Shown piece after piece: positions 8,664 through 18,081 of a DNA stretch of 64,000 nucleotides; positions within the stretch are counted from its first letter, which is position 1, and the number at the start of each line of letters is the position of its first letter. The notes under the pieces were generated by a model. It was given only the letters and a program-made list of their open reading frames with translations, made no database searches and was not told the origin of the DNA. The DNA is from Frankia alni (GTDB lineage: Bacteria; Actinomycetota; Actinomycetes; Frankiales; Frankiaceae): positions 32,938 through 96,937 of the forward strand of contig JAMFSN010000116.1 of assembly GCA_026225295.1 (NCBI GenBank), given 5' to 3'. The position numbers were made by a program, and so were the translations under genes.

Positions 8664-11070
8664 CGCGGCCGGCGCGGGCGGCTCCCCATTGGACCCCCAG
8701 GCTGGCCCGACCGTCGGCGACGTCCTCGATGACCTCGGTCCACCGGTTCGCGTCCGCGCCGGCCCCAGCGCTGAGGCCAGAGCCGGTACCGGACCGGCCG
8801 CCCTCGCGGGCTCCGGGAATCCGCCCCCCGGCCTCGTCGAAGGTCAGGCAGACGCTGCCCCGCGCGGCGTTGCCCAGCACGGTCAGCAGGACCCGGCCGG
8901 TGAGGATGCGGGCCAGCTGGGTGGCGACCACGCGGACCACCTCGTCGCGGACGCCGGCCGGCAGGCGGTCGACGACACCGACGGCCTGGATCTCGATGCG
9001 CAGACCGCGCTGCTCGGCCTCGGCCACGACCGGCTCGAGCGCGTTCAGCAGGGAGGTCCGCGGCCCGGTCAGGCGGGTCAGCGAACGGCGCAACGCGGCC
9101 GCGCCGGCCGCGCTGCGCCGGCTGACGGCCGGGTCGTGCGGGTCCAGGAGGCCGGTGCCGATCTCGTGCAGGAGCTGCATCGGGCCGTCGGTGAGCCGCC
9201 CGAGCCGCTCCCGCCGATCGCGCCGGACCTCGGCGGCGGCCAGCCGCTGGGTGCGCAGATCGGCCTCGTCCCGGGCGGCCTGGGCGGTCACCCCGGCGGC
9301 CGCGTAGCGCGCGTTCAGCAGGACCGCGACGGCGGTCATGATCGCCGCCTGGGCGTAGAGCAGGGTCGTAACCCGGGAGATCACGGTCAGGTCGAGCCCG
9401 CCCCGCCCGAGGATCAGCGCGAGCGCCGTCCCGGTCGTCAGCACCGCGACCGGCACCCATTCGCGGCGGGGGCGGATCGCCTGCAGGAAGATCGTCACCC
9501 CTTCGCCGGCCAGCAGCGTCCAGTTCTGGGCGGCGACCGCGTCGCCGCGGGCCGACCAGGCGGCCACCAGCTGCGCGGTGAGGGTCAACCCGGTCAGTAG
9601 CGCCACGTCACGACGGCCCAGGCCCCGATTCGGCGGCCAGGAGGCCCAGCGCCGCCGGGCCGGGTTCGCGGTCCGGGCCCGGCGTTCGCGTTCCGGCCCG
9701 GGCGGCCGGGCGCCGGCCGCGGCCGTCACGCACCACGCCAACGTGGCGGTGACCGCCGCCCACGCGACCCCGACCGGGAGCGGGTCGCGGTAGATCCCGT
9801 GGCGGATGGCCAGCAGCCCACCGAGCGCGGCCTGCCACAGCAGGATCGAGACCCCGACGGCGACCACCGCGTCCCGGGCGTAGGACTGTTCCAACATCGA
9901 GGTCGCGGCGGCCAGCGACGGGCGGTCGACGGCGGTCGGCGACCACTGGACGGTGATGGTGGTCCCGCGCCCGGGCGCCGAGTCGAGGTCCGCCAGCCCG
10001 CCCACGTCGGCCATCCGGTCCATGATCGAATAGCGGACCCCGAGGCGGTCGGGCGGTGCCTCGAGCGGCGTGAACCCCCGGCCCCGATCGGCCACGGTGA
10101 CGCGCAGTCCGGGGCCGCCCACCGCGACCGTCACGGTCGCGGTGCTCACTCCGGCGTGCCGGGCCACATTGGACAGCGCTTCCGCGACCGTCGCCGCCAC
10201 CGCCGCGCCGACCTCGGGCGGCGCATCGATCTCGGGGGGCACCGCGGCCTCGACGGTGAGTCCGTCCCGCCGGGCGTGGTCGATCACGTCGGCGAGCCGG
10301 ACGGCGAGGGTGCGGGGGGAGCCGGGCCGGTCCCGGGTGCCCAGCAGTTCGGCGCACTCGTCCACGCTGTCGCGGCACCGGGTCCGGATCAGCTCGTCGG
10401 ACGATCCAAGCGCCCCCCAGGCCAGTCCGGCCAGCGTGTTGAGCACCGTGTCGTGCAGGATCCGCTCGGCTTCCCGCTGGGCCCGGAGCCGGACGGCGGC
10501 CACCCCGGCGGTCTGGCGCTGCGCACCGACCCGCCGCAGCGCACCGTCGGCCCGGGCCGCGCCCCGGCGCAGGACGACCACCGCGACGGCGACCAGCCCG
10601 GCCACCACCACCTCGGCCCCCGCGGCGAGGGTGACGGCCGGGGCCGCCACGCCGGCGGCCAGGAATCCCAGCCCGCCGGCGACCGCCAGCCCAGCGGTGT
10701 AGACGAGCCACCCGGCGAGTGGAACGCACCACGCGATCGCGGTGCTCGCCCCGCCCAGCCGGAGCCACACCCAGTTCGGACCGGCGATCGTGGCCGGCGG
10801 CAGGCACCAGGAGGCGGTGGCGAGCAGCGTCGCGGTCACCACCAGCTCGCCGGTGGCGGTGGTCCGGTCGAGCCGGCCCCGTAGGCAGCGGACCGTGAAC
10901 AGGATGCCCCAGGCCGCCGCGAGCGTCGGGAGCACCAGGTGGGCGGGGGTCAGGTACCAGTGGCGCCAGCTGATGACGATGACGATCTGGAGGGACACCC
11001 CGAAGATCCGCATGGCGGCCAGACCCCGCGCGGCGGCGGTATCAAGCGCCTGACGCGCGGGACCGTTCAC
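8653..11070 (-). CDS. membrane sensor histidine kinase with a second, degenerate membrane plus kinase-like module
   Basis: 805 aa. Module 1: multi-TM region, H-box ERILHDTVLNTLAGL, ATPase motifs EALSNVARHAG and VADRGRGF. Module 2: new TM block, coiled region, then LRIEIQ...LLTVLGNAARGSVCLTFDEAGG lacking the N-box. Alternative start at 11013 (MRIFGV). Confidence 0.75.
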   Translation of the reverse strand: MNGPARQALDTAAARGLAAMRIFGVSLQIVIVISWRHWYLTPAHLVLPTLAAAWGILFTVRCLRGRLDRTTATGELVVTATLLATASWCLPPATIAGPNWVWLRLGGASTAIAWCVPLAGWLVYTAGLAVAGGLGFLAAGVAAPAVTLAAGAEVVVAGLVAVAVVVLRRGAARADGALRRVGAQRQTAGVAAVRLRAQREAERILHDTVLNTLAGLAWGALGSSDELIRTRCRDSVDECAELLGTRDRPGSPRTLAVRLADVIDHARRDGLTVEAAVPPEIDAPPEVGAAVAATVAEALSNVARHAGVSTATVTVAVGGPGLRVTVADRGRGFTPLEAPPDRLGVRYSIMDRMADVGGLADLDSAPGRGTTITVQWSPTAVDRPSLAAATSMLEQSYARDAVVAVGVSILLWQAALGGLLAIRHGIYRDPLPVGVAWAAVTATLAWCVTAAAGARPPGPERERRARTANPARRRWASWPPNRGLGRRDVALLTGLTLTAQLVAAWSARGDAVAAQNWTLLAGEGVTIFLQAIRPRREWVPVAVLTTGTALALILGRGGLDLTVISRVTTLLYAQAAIMTAVAVLLNARYAAAGVTAQAARDEADLRTQRLAAAEVRRDRRERLGRLTDGPMQLLHEIGTGLLDPHDPAVSRRSAAGAAALRRSLTRLTGPRTSLLNALEPVVAEAEQRGLRIEIQAVGVVDRLPAGVRDEVVRVVATQLARILTGRVLLTVLGNAARGSVCLTFDEAGGRIPGAREGGRSGTGSGLSAGAGADANRWTEVIEDVADGRASLGVQWGAARAGRANL

Positions 11071-11410
11071 AACCCGGCAATTGGACCACCGGCCGCCGTG
11101 GCGCTGGGCAGGGCCCGGGCCGGCGGATCGGCCCGGTCACCATCGGCGTTTCCGGGCCCGGCCGCCCGGGCCCGCGAGCCTGGGTCGAGGCCGTCGTCGG
11201 GCCCCCGCCTAGACTGCTCTGGTCGGGCGCGTCCAGCTGGCTGGACGGCCCGGCCCAGATCAGTCGGTCCGTACGGGCCGGAACGCGGGCCGTACGCATA
11301 CGGGTCCGTCGACGGTCGGCCACCGGGCCGGGCGGGGTTACGGGCCGGGTCGGACGCCCGGGTCAGAGTTGGAGTCGAGGGATGCATCGCGCAGCCGCGA
11401 AGGGTGTTGC

Positions 11411-12910
11411 ATGAGCACAGAGACGCAGCCGGAAGCCACGACGCCCCGGGTAGTGGTGATCGGGGCCGGGCCGGCCGGGCTGACCGCCGCCTGGGAACTG
11501 GTGCGTCGGGATGTGCCCGTGACGGTGCTCGAAGGCGACGCGATGGTCGGCGGCATCAGCCGGACGGCCGAGCGGGACGGGTGGCGCTTCGACATCGGCG
11601 GCCACCGTTTCTTCACCAAGGTGCCCGAGGTCGAGGCGCTCTGGCACGAGATCCTGCCGGCTGAGGACTTCCTCATGCGCCCGCGGATGAGCCGGATCTT
11701 CTACAACGGCAAGTACTTCGACTATCCGCTGAAGGCGTCGAACGCGCTCGGCAACCTGGGCGTCGTCGAGGCGGCCCGCTGCCTGGCCTCCTACGCCCAG
11801 GTGAAGGTCCGGCCGCCGAAGGACCAGTCGACGCTCGAGGGCTGGATAGTGGCCCGGTTCGGCCGGCGCCTCTACGAACATTTCTTCAAGACCTACAACG
11901 AGAAGTTGTGGGGCGTTCCGGTGAATGAGTTGCCGGCCGACTTCGCGGCCCAACGCATCAAGAACCTGTCGCTGTCCAACGCGATTATCAACGCCGTGCT
12001 GCCGAAACGGAACCAGAAGGACATCACGTCCCTCATCGAGGAATTCCAGTACCCGAAGTACGGGCCCGGAATGATGTGGGAGACCGCCGCCCGCAAGATC
12101 GGCGCGGCCGGTGGGACGATCGTCCTGGAGGAAAAGGTCCGGACCGTGCACTGGGAGGCCGGTCGGGGCGTGACCGGCGTGACCACCGTCGTGACCGGCG
12201 GCTACGGGTCCGGGGCGGGGGCGCCCGCGGCCAGCCGGACCGACGTGGGCACGGAACATCACTACCCGGCCGACCACGTGGTCAGCTCGATGGCTTTCTC
12301 CTCTCTGCTGACCTCGCTCGACCCGAAGCCGTCGGCGGAGGTCCTGGCCGCCGCGGACGGGCTGCGCTACCGCGACTTCCTGACCGTCGCGCTCGTCGTC
12401 CCGGAGAGCGCCGGATTCCCGGACAACTGGATCTACATCCATTCCCCGCAGGTCGAGGTGGGCCGGATCCAGAACTTCGGGTCCTGGTCGCCCTACCTCG
12501 TCCAGGAAGGCAAGACCTGCCTGGGCCTGGAATTCTTCGTCAATGTCGGTGACGACACCTGGAACCGGTCGGACGAGGATCTGGTCGCCCAGGCGACCCG
12601 CGAACTCAACGAGCTCGGGCTGGTCACCCCGGAAAAGGTCGAGCGCGGCTTCGTGGTCCGGATGCCGAAGGCGTACCCGTTCTACGATGCGAACTACAAG
12701 GCGAACGTCGACATCATGCGCGAATGGTTGCGGGAGAACACCCCGAACCTGTATCCGGTCGGCCGGAACGGAATGCACCGGTACAACAACCAGGACCACT
12801 CGATGCTGACCGCCCAGCTCACCGTCCAGAACATGATCGACGGAACCCGGCACGACGTCTGGGACGTCAACGTCGAAGAGGACTACCACGAGGAAGCGGC
12901 TTCCAAGTAG
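11411..12910 (+). CDS. NAD(P)/FAD-dependent oxidoreductase (amine-oxidase / UDP-galactopyranose-mutase-like fold)
   Basis: MSTETQ...PRVVVIGAGPAGLTAAWEL...VLEGDAMVGGISRT is a Rossmann dinucleotide motif. 499 aa. ATG at 11411. Confidence 0.85.
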   Translation: MSTETQPEATTPRVVVIGAGPAGLTAAWELVRRDVPVTVLEGDAMVGGISRTAERDGWRFDIGGHRFFTKVPEVEALWHEILPAEDFLMRPRMSRIFYNGKYFDYPLKASNALGNLGVVEAARCLASYAQVKVRPPKDQSTLEGWIVARFGRRLYEHFFKTYNEKLWGVPVNELPADFAAQRIKNLSLSNAIINAVLPKRNQKDITSLIEEFQYPKYGPGMMWETAARKIGAAGGTIVLEEKVRTVHWEAGRGVTGVTTVVTGGYGSGAGAPAASRTDVGTEHHYPADHVVSSMAFSSLLTSLDPKPSAEVLAAADGLRYRDFLTVALVVPESAGFPDNWIYIHSPQVEVGRIQNFGSWSPYLVQEGKTCLGLEFFVNVGDDTWNRSDEDLVAQATRELNELGLVTPEKVERGFVVRMPKAYPFYDANYKANVDIMREWLRENTPNLYPVGRNGMHRYNNQDHSMLTAQLTVQNMIDGTRHDVWDVNVEEDYHEEAASK

Positions 12911-13013
12911 GTCGCCGGCCGTCGCCGGGCCACCCGCCCGGCCCGGCGACGGCCCCGCGCGGGTCGCACCCGCACGTCGGCACCCGCGGTATCCAGCGCA
13001 CAGGGGGCGAACG

Positions 13014-13901
13014 GTGCACACCGTCGGGATCGTGCTGCACCCGCTGCGGGACTCGGCCGAGGCGGTGGCCGCGATCACCGCCTGGTCCGCCGACCACCAC
13101 GTCACGGTGCTCGGGATCGACACCGAGGTCGGGCGCCTGCAGTGCGACGCGGTCCCGGTGGCGGCCGCCGAGCTCGGCCGGCGCTGCGATCTGCTCGTCA
13201 GCCTGGGTGGGGACGGCACGATGCTGCGGTCGATGCGACTGTCGGACGGGGGCCGGGCGCCGGTCCTCGGGGTGAACCTGGGCAAGCTGGGTTTCCTGGC
13301 CGAGGTGGACGTCCCCGACCTGCCCGACGCGCTGTCGGCGATCGCGCAGGACCACTACACGGTCGAACCGCGGCTGGCGGTCGACGCCGGGTTCGGCGGC
13401 CGAACGGTGACGGCGTTCAACGACGTCGCGGTGGTACGGGTGCCCGGGGCCGGGGGGAGCGCCGGGGTGGCGCTGCGGGTGGACGGCCGGCCGTTCGTCG
13501 CCTACGCGGCCGACGCCGTGGTGGTCGCGACCCCGACCGGATCCACCGCCTACAGCTTCTCGGCGGGTGGTCCGATCGTCAGTCCGTCCGTCGAGGCGTT
13601 GCTGGTCACCCCGGCCGCGCCCCACTCGGCTTTCAACCGGGGCCTGGTGCTGTCGGTGAACGACGCGCTGAGCCTGGACGTGCTGCCGAGCAGCGGCCGG
13701 CTGGCGGTCGAGGTCGACGGTCAGGTGGCCGGGTATGTCGAAGCGGGCGACAGCATCGCGCTGCGGGCCCGACCCGGCGCCGCCCACGTGGTGCGCCTGG
13801 GCCGGACCACGTTTTACGAACGGGCCCGCCGGAAGCTGCGCCTCATGGGCTCGGCCGAGGTCGAACCGGCCGTCGCCGCCGCCCGTCCCGAACCGTCCTG
13901 A
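13014..13901 (+). CDS. nadK: NAD+ kinase
   Basis: LVSLGGDGTMLR, GVNLGKLGFLAE, VVVATPTGSTAYSFSAGGPIVSP are the canonical NAD kinase motifs. Confidence 0.9.
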   Translation: MHTVGIVLHPLRDSAEAVAAITAWSADHHVTVLGIDTEVGRLQCDAVPVAAAELGRRCDLLVSLGGDGTMLRSMRLSDGGRAPVLGVNLGKLGFLAEVDVPDLPDALSAIAQDHYTVEPRLAVDAGFGGRTVTAFNDVAVVRVPGAGGSAGVALRVDGRPFVAYAADAVVVATPTGSTAYSFSAGGPIVSPSVEALLVTPAAPHSAFNRGLVLSVNDALSLDVLPSSGRLAVEVDGQVAGYVEAGDSIALRARPGAAHVVRLGRTTFYERARRKLRLMGSAEVEPAVAAARPEPS

Positions 13902-13979
13902 CGGATGGGGCCGCCGGGCCCGGACGAGTCTTCGGTCCGACCGGCCCGCCGCACCCCACGGTTCGGAAAGAATAGGGCG

Positions 13980-14648
13980 GTGCTTGAACGCATCATGCCG
14001 ACCGCCGTGGCCGTGGCCGAGGAGTTCGGCGACCCGCCGGCAGCCACCTTGTTTCCCGCCGAGGCGGCCCTCATCACCCGGGCGGTCGACAAACGGCGCC
14101 GCGAGTTCACGACGGCCCGTTACTGCGCCCGCCGGGCACTCGCCGCGTTGGGGCACCCGCCCGCGCCGATCCTGCGGGGCGACCGGGGGGCACCGGAGTG
14201 GCCGGCCGGCATCATCGGCAGCCTGACCCACTGCGACGGCTACCGGGCCGCCGCGCTGACCCACGCGACGGACCTGGCCTCGATCGGGATCGACGCCGAG
14301 CCCCACGCCCCCCTGCCGGGCGGGGTGCTGGACTCGATCGCCCGGCCGGAGGAACAGCGGTGGCTGGCCGCCGCCCGGGCCGCCGACCCGACCGTGTGCT
14401 GGGACCGGCTGGTGTTCTGCGCGAAGGAAGCCGTCTACAAGACGTGGTTCCCGCTGACCGGTCGCTGGTTGGGCTTCGAGGACGCCTCCGTCACCATCGA
14501 CCCGGGCACCACCACCTTCCGGGCCCGGCTGATGGTGCCCGGACCGGTGGTGGCCGACGTCCAGCTCGACGGGTTCACCGGTCGCTGGGTGGTGGAGCGG
14601 GGTCTGATCGTCACCGCCATCGCGCTCGCCCACCCGGCCGGCGGGTGA
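13980..14648 (+). CDS. 4'-phosphopantetheinyl transferase (EntD/PptT type)
   Basis: KRRREFTTARYCARRAL, GSLTHCDGY, IGIDAEPH, FCAKEAVYKTWF match PptT/EntD motifs. GTG at 13980 (VLERIMP), alternative ATG at 13995. Confidence 0.85.
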   Translation: MLERIMPTAVAVAEEFGDPPAATLFPAEAALITRAVDKRRREFTTARYCARRALAALGHPPAPILRGDRGAPEWPAGIIGSLTHCDGYRAAALTHATDLASIGIDAEPHAPLPGGVLDSIARPEEQRWLAAARAADPTVCWDRLVFCAKEAVYKTWFPLTGRWLGFEDASVTIDPGTTTFRARLMVPGPVVADVQLDGFTGRWVVERGLIVTAIALAHPAGG

Positions 14649-14865
14649 CCAGAACCCGCCAGCGGAAACTCCGGGTCGGGGGCGGCCCGTAACGGGGGAA
14701 CGGGCCGCCCCCGGACTCGGAGCGAACATCATCATCGCATACCGCGACCCGTCGGTCATGGGTCATTGGTCGCCTGGTGGGCGCGCCTGGGCAGAACGCG
14801 GTCGGCCGCCGCCGCGGGTTCCGTGGGACGGGGCGTCCGCTGGCGACGGGCCTTAGGGTCGTCGC

Positions 14866-15525
14866 ATGCCGAGCGAACGGATCCTGGTCACCGGAAGCGC
14901 CGGGCATCTGGGGGAGGCGCTGGTCCGGGTGCTGCGGGCCGCCGGGCGGGAGGTCATCGGCCTCGACCTCGTGGCCGGACCGTTCACCGACGCGGTCGGA
15001 TCGATCACCGACCGGGATTTCGTCCGCGGCCGGCTGGCCGGGGTGACCGCCGTCCTGCACACCGCGACCCTGCACAAGCCCCACGTCGGATCGCATCCCC
15101 GGTCGGCGTTCGTCGACACCAACGTCGCCGGCACCCTGATCGTGCTCGAAGAGGCGGTCGCGGCCGGCGTCCAACGGTGCGTCTTCACCAGTACGACCAG
15201 TACGTTCGGTCGGGCGCTGGCGCCCGGGCCGGGGGAGCCGGCCGCCTGGATCACCGAGGACGTGGTGCCGGTCCCGCGCAACATCTACGGCGCGACCAAG
15301 ACCGCGGCCGAGGACCTCTGCGCGTTGATCCACCGTGACCACGGACTACCGGTGATCGTGCTGCGGACCGCCCGTTTCTTTCCGGAGGCGGACGACCGGG
15401 CCGAGGTCCGCGCCGCGTTCGTCGACCAGCTGGCCGCGGGCGCCGATCCGCGCAGCCCGCTGGCCCGCGCGGTCGGGGCCAAGGGCTACCACGCCGTCTC
15501 GACCGGCCCTTACACCGGGCGCTGA
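14866..15525 (+). CDS. NAD-dependent epimerase/dehydratase family protein, apparently C-terminally truncated
   Basis: ILVTGSAGHLG and YGATKTAAE (YxxxK) are present. At 219 aa it loses family resemblance after RTARFFPEADDRAEVRAAF, whereas relatives are about 300-330 aa as I recall. Confidence 0.6.
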   Translation: MPSERILVTGSAGHLGEALVRVLRAAGREVIGLDLVAGPFTDAVGSITDRDFVRGRLAGVTAVLHTATLHKPHVGSHPRSAFVDTNVAGTLIVLEEAVAAGVQRCVFTSTTSTFGRALAPGPGEPAAWITEDVVPVPRNIYGATKTAAEDLCALIHRDHGLPVIVLRTARFFPEADDRAEVRAAFVDQLAAGADPRSPLARAVGAKGYHAVSTGPYTGR

Positions 15526-15670
15526 CTGGGCGGGACGGCTTCGTCGGTGAGTTCCTGGCGCCCCGGCTGCAGCCCGATCAGGGCGACGACCGCCCGCGAC
15601 GGCCATGACCATCGCCATGACCTGCAGCACGGTCCGGGTCGCAGACGCGAAGTCCAGCGCCGTCGGGGGG

Positions 15671-15958
15671 TCAGCGCCGTCCGGAGGTCCGGCGGCGCGA
15701 CGACCGGGCGGCCCACAGGGGGCTCAACAGCACGATGAGACCGGCCGCCACGCCGACCTGGAGAATGTGGCGGATCCAGTCGATCCCGCCGGTGTGGGCC
15801 ACCCCGATGGCGCTCGCGATCACGTTACCGATGACCGCGCCGAGGATACCGAAGACGATCGTCAGCCAGATCGGAATGTCCTGCCGACCCCGCAGAACCA
15901 GCCGGGCGAGCGCGCCGATAATGAGTCCCGCGATGATGATCCAGATGATTTGAAACAT
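15671..15958 (-). CDS. GlsB/YeaQ/YmgE family stress-response membrane protein
   Basis: MFQIIWIIIAGLIIGALARLV...IVFGILGAVIGNVI is the typical transglycosylase-associated small membrane protein. ATG at 15958. Confidence 0.85.
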   Translation of the reverse strand: MFQIIWIIIAGLIIGALARLVLRGRQDIPIWLTIVFGILGAVIGNVIASAIGVAHTGGIDWIRHILQVGVAAGLIVLLSPLWAARSSRRRTSGRR

Positions 15959-16092
15959 GTTCGGCGACCTGGTCCTCGGTAGGGACGGATGTCTCGTCGA
16001 GAATACGGCGGCCGCGGGTCGCCGGGCGGTCACTCCGGCCGGCCCGGCCGGATGAGGGCATATGTCGGGTCCGGTCGGGTACGCCGTCGGGC

Positions 16093-17064
16093 ATGGCCGG
16101 GACCGTGACGTTCGCCCTGATCGGAGCCCCGTCCAGCGCGGGCGCCCATCATGCCGGACTCGAGCGGACCCCGGCCGCCCTCCGCGCCCGGGGCCTGGTC
16201 GAACGCCTGCGGGCCGCCGGGGTGGACCTCGTCGATACCGGCGACCGGCCGACCCGCGAGTTCGCCCCCGACCACGACCATCCGACCGCCCGCGGGGCCG
16301 AGGGCGTCGTCGGCGTGCTGCGGGACATCGCGGCCGCGGTGGCCCGGGCCCGCGGTCAGGGGCTCGTCCCGCTGGTCGTGGGGGGCGACTGCACCGTCAC
16401 GCTCGGGGTGACGGCCGCCGTGGCCGCGACGAGTGCCGCCCCGGGACTGCTGTACCTGGACGGCGACGCGGATCTGGCCACCCCGGCCACGACGTCCAGC
16501 GGCATCCTGGACGCCATGGTCATCGCCCACCTGATCGGCGAGGCCGACTCACCGGTCACCGCCGCGCTCGCCGACCTCCGGTCCGGCGGGCCGGGCCCGA
16601 CGGCGGCCGACGATGCCGTGAACGGCGGTCCGGTGATCGGTGACGAGCGGATCGCGATGCTCGGCTACAACCCGGACGACCCTGACTCGTTCGACGCCAC
16701 GGTGCTGGCCCGCCACCCCGAGCTGTTCCACGAGCCGGGCCCCCGGCTCGCCCACCGCCCGGTGGCCGTGGCCCGGGCCGCGCGCGACCGGGTCGAGGCG
16801 ACCGCGGACGCGGTGGTGGTCCACTTCGACGTCGACGCGGTCGATTCGGCCGACCTGCCGCTGGCCGATTTCCCCCACTACGGGGTGGGCGTACCGCTGG
16901 CCACCGCCCAGGTCGTGTTCACCGAGCTGCTGGCCACGCCGACCCTGGCCGCGGTGGTGCTGACCGAGGTGAATACGACCTACGACGCCTCGGGCCGGGA
17001 ACTCGACCGCTATCTCGCCGCGGTCTGCGCGGCCCTGGGGGCGGGCGCCCCGAGCGCGGGCTAA
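16093..17064 (+). CDS. arginase/ureohydrolase family protein (divergent metal-site motifs)
   Basis: VVGGDCTVT, LYLDGDADLATP and VHFDVDAVDSADLP align by eye with the GGDHS, DAHxD and SxDxDxxDP motifs of the family. Confidence 0.8.
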   Translation: MAGTVTFALIGAPSSAGAHHAGLERTPAALRARGLVERLRAAGVDLVDTGDRPTREFAPDHDHPTARGAEGVVGVLRDIAAAVARARGQGLVPLVVGGDCTVTLGVTAAVAATSAAPGLLYLDGDADLATPATTSSGILDAMVIAHLIGEADSPVTAALADLRSGGPGPTAADDAVNGGPVIGDERIAMLGYNPDDPDSFDATVLARHPELFHEPGPRLAHRPVAVARAARDRVEATADAVVVHFDVDAVDSADLPLADFPHYGVGVPLATAQVVFTELLATPTLAAVVLTEVNTTYDASGRELDRYLAAVCAALGAGAPSAG

Positions 17065-17843
17065 CCGGAACCGGCCTCATCGGTCGGGCGATCCGCGCCG
17101 CCGGGCCGTCTCGCGGTCACCCGGCGCCACGAGGCTGCCCGCCACGACCCGGCCCGGTGTCCCCACTGCTTCGAGACCCGGCGGAGCAGGATCAGGCCCA
17201 GCAGGAGCAGGACCCAGGGTCCCTGCCCGTGCAGCACATAGCCGGCCGGGATGCACAACAGATATACCGCGAGACTCAGGGAGAGCTGCCGGCCGGCGAC
17301 GCGGTCGCCGGCCGGGTCGGCGGCCCGGCCGGCCAGGCCCAGCCGGCGCACGTCGTGCCGCAGCTGCAGCAGCATCACGACGGCCAGGGCGTTCACGATC
17401 CCGTACAGAGCCAACGCGAACGGGACCCGGCCGCCGTACCGGCCGAGCCGGCCGGCCGGGAAGGGTAGCGCCGCCACCAGGATCAGCAGGAACATCGTGT
17501 CGCGGTACAGCCGGGGATGGTCGGTCACGACCGACCGCAGGAGCCGCCGGTGGCGTGACCAGTAGTTCGCGACCGCGAAGAACGCGGCGATGTAGGCCCA
17601 GTAGTTCGCCGAGTTCTGGGCCAGGGCGTGCCGCAGCGCGGCGTCACTGGGGTGGTTGAGGTCCGGAACCCGCAGGTCGAGGGCCAGCAGGGTCATCGCG
17701 ATGGCGAAGACGCCGTCGGACAGGGCGAACAGGCGGCCCAGGGAGTTGTCCGCGACCGGTCGGGTGCCGTGATCGTCTTCGGCTCCCTCGGCCCGGGACG
17801 GTGGCGGCGATCCGGATGGCGGGTTCGCGCCGCGGCCCATCAT
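17061..17843 (-). CDS. TMEM175 family (DUF1211) putative potassium channel
   Basis: RLFALSDGVFAIAMTLLALDL and AFFAVANYWSRHRRL are the characteristic DUF1211 helices. 4-nt convergent overlap with the arginase-like gene. Confidence 0.8.
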   Translation of the reverse strand: MMGRGANPPSGSPPPSRAEGAEDDHGTRPVADNSLGRLFALSDGVFAIAMTLLALDLRVPDLNHPSDAALRHALAQNSANYWAYIAAFFAVANYWSRHRRLLRSVVTDHPRLYRDTMFLLILVAALPFPAGRLGRYGGRVPFALALYGIVNALAVVMLLQLRHDVRRLGLAGRAADPAGDRVAGRQLSLSLAVYLLCIPAGYVLHGQGPWVLLLLGLILLRRVSKQWGHRAGSWRAASWRRVTARRPGGADRPTDEAGSG

Positions 17844-18081
17844 TGCCCAAACCTACCGATAGCGGCGCTGGCGCCGCGGGCGCTCCGGCCGGCGGAACGC
17901 CCGCTCGCGCCCTGCTATCGTTTCGGGCCGTGACCACCTCGCGGACCTTGTCCTGGCGCCCCACGAGGCGGCGTTCCACCAGGTAGCAGGTCCGGAAGCC
18001 GCTGGGATGAGGCGGCTTCGGCGATGATCGTGGGACGTGTGGTCGCGCTCCTCCCGGCTTTGATGAGCCAGGAAGGCACCC

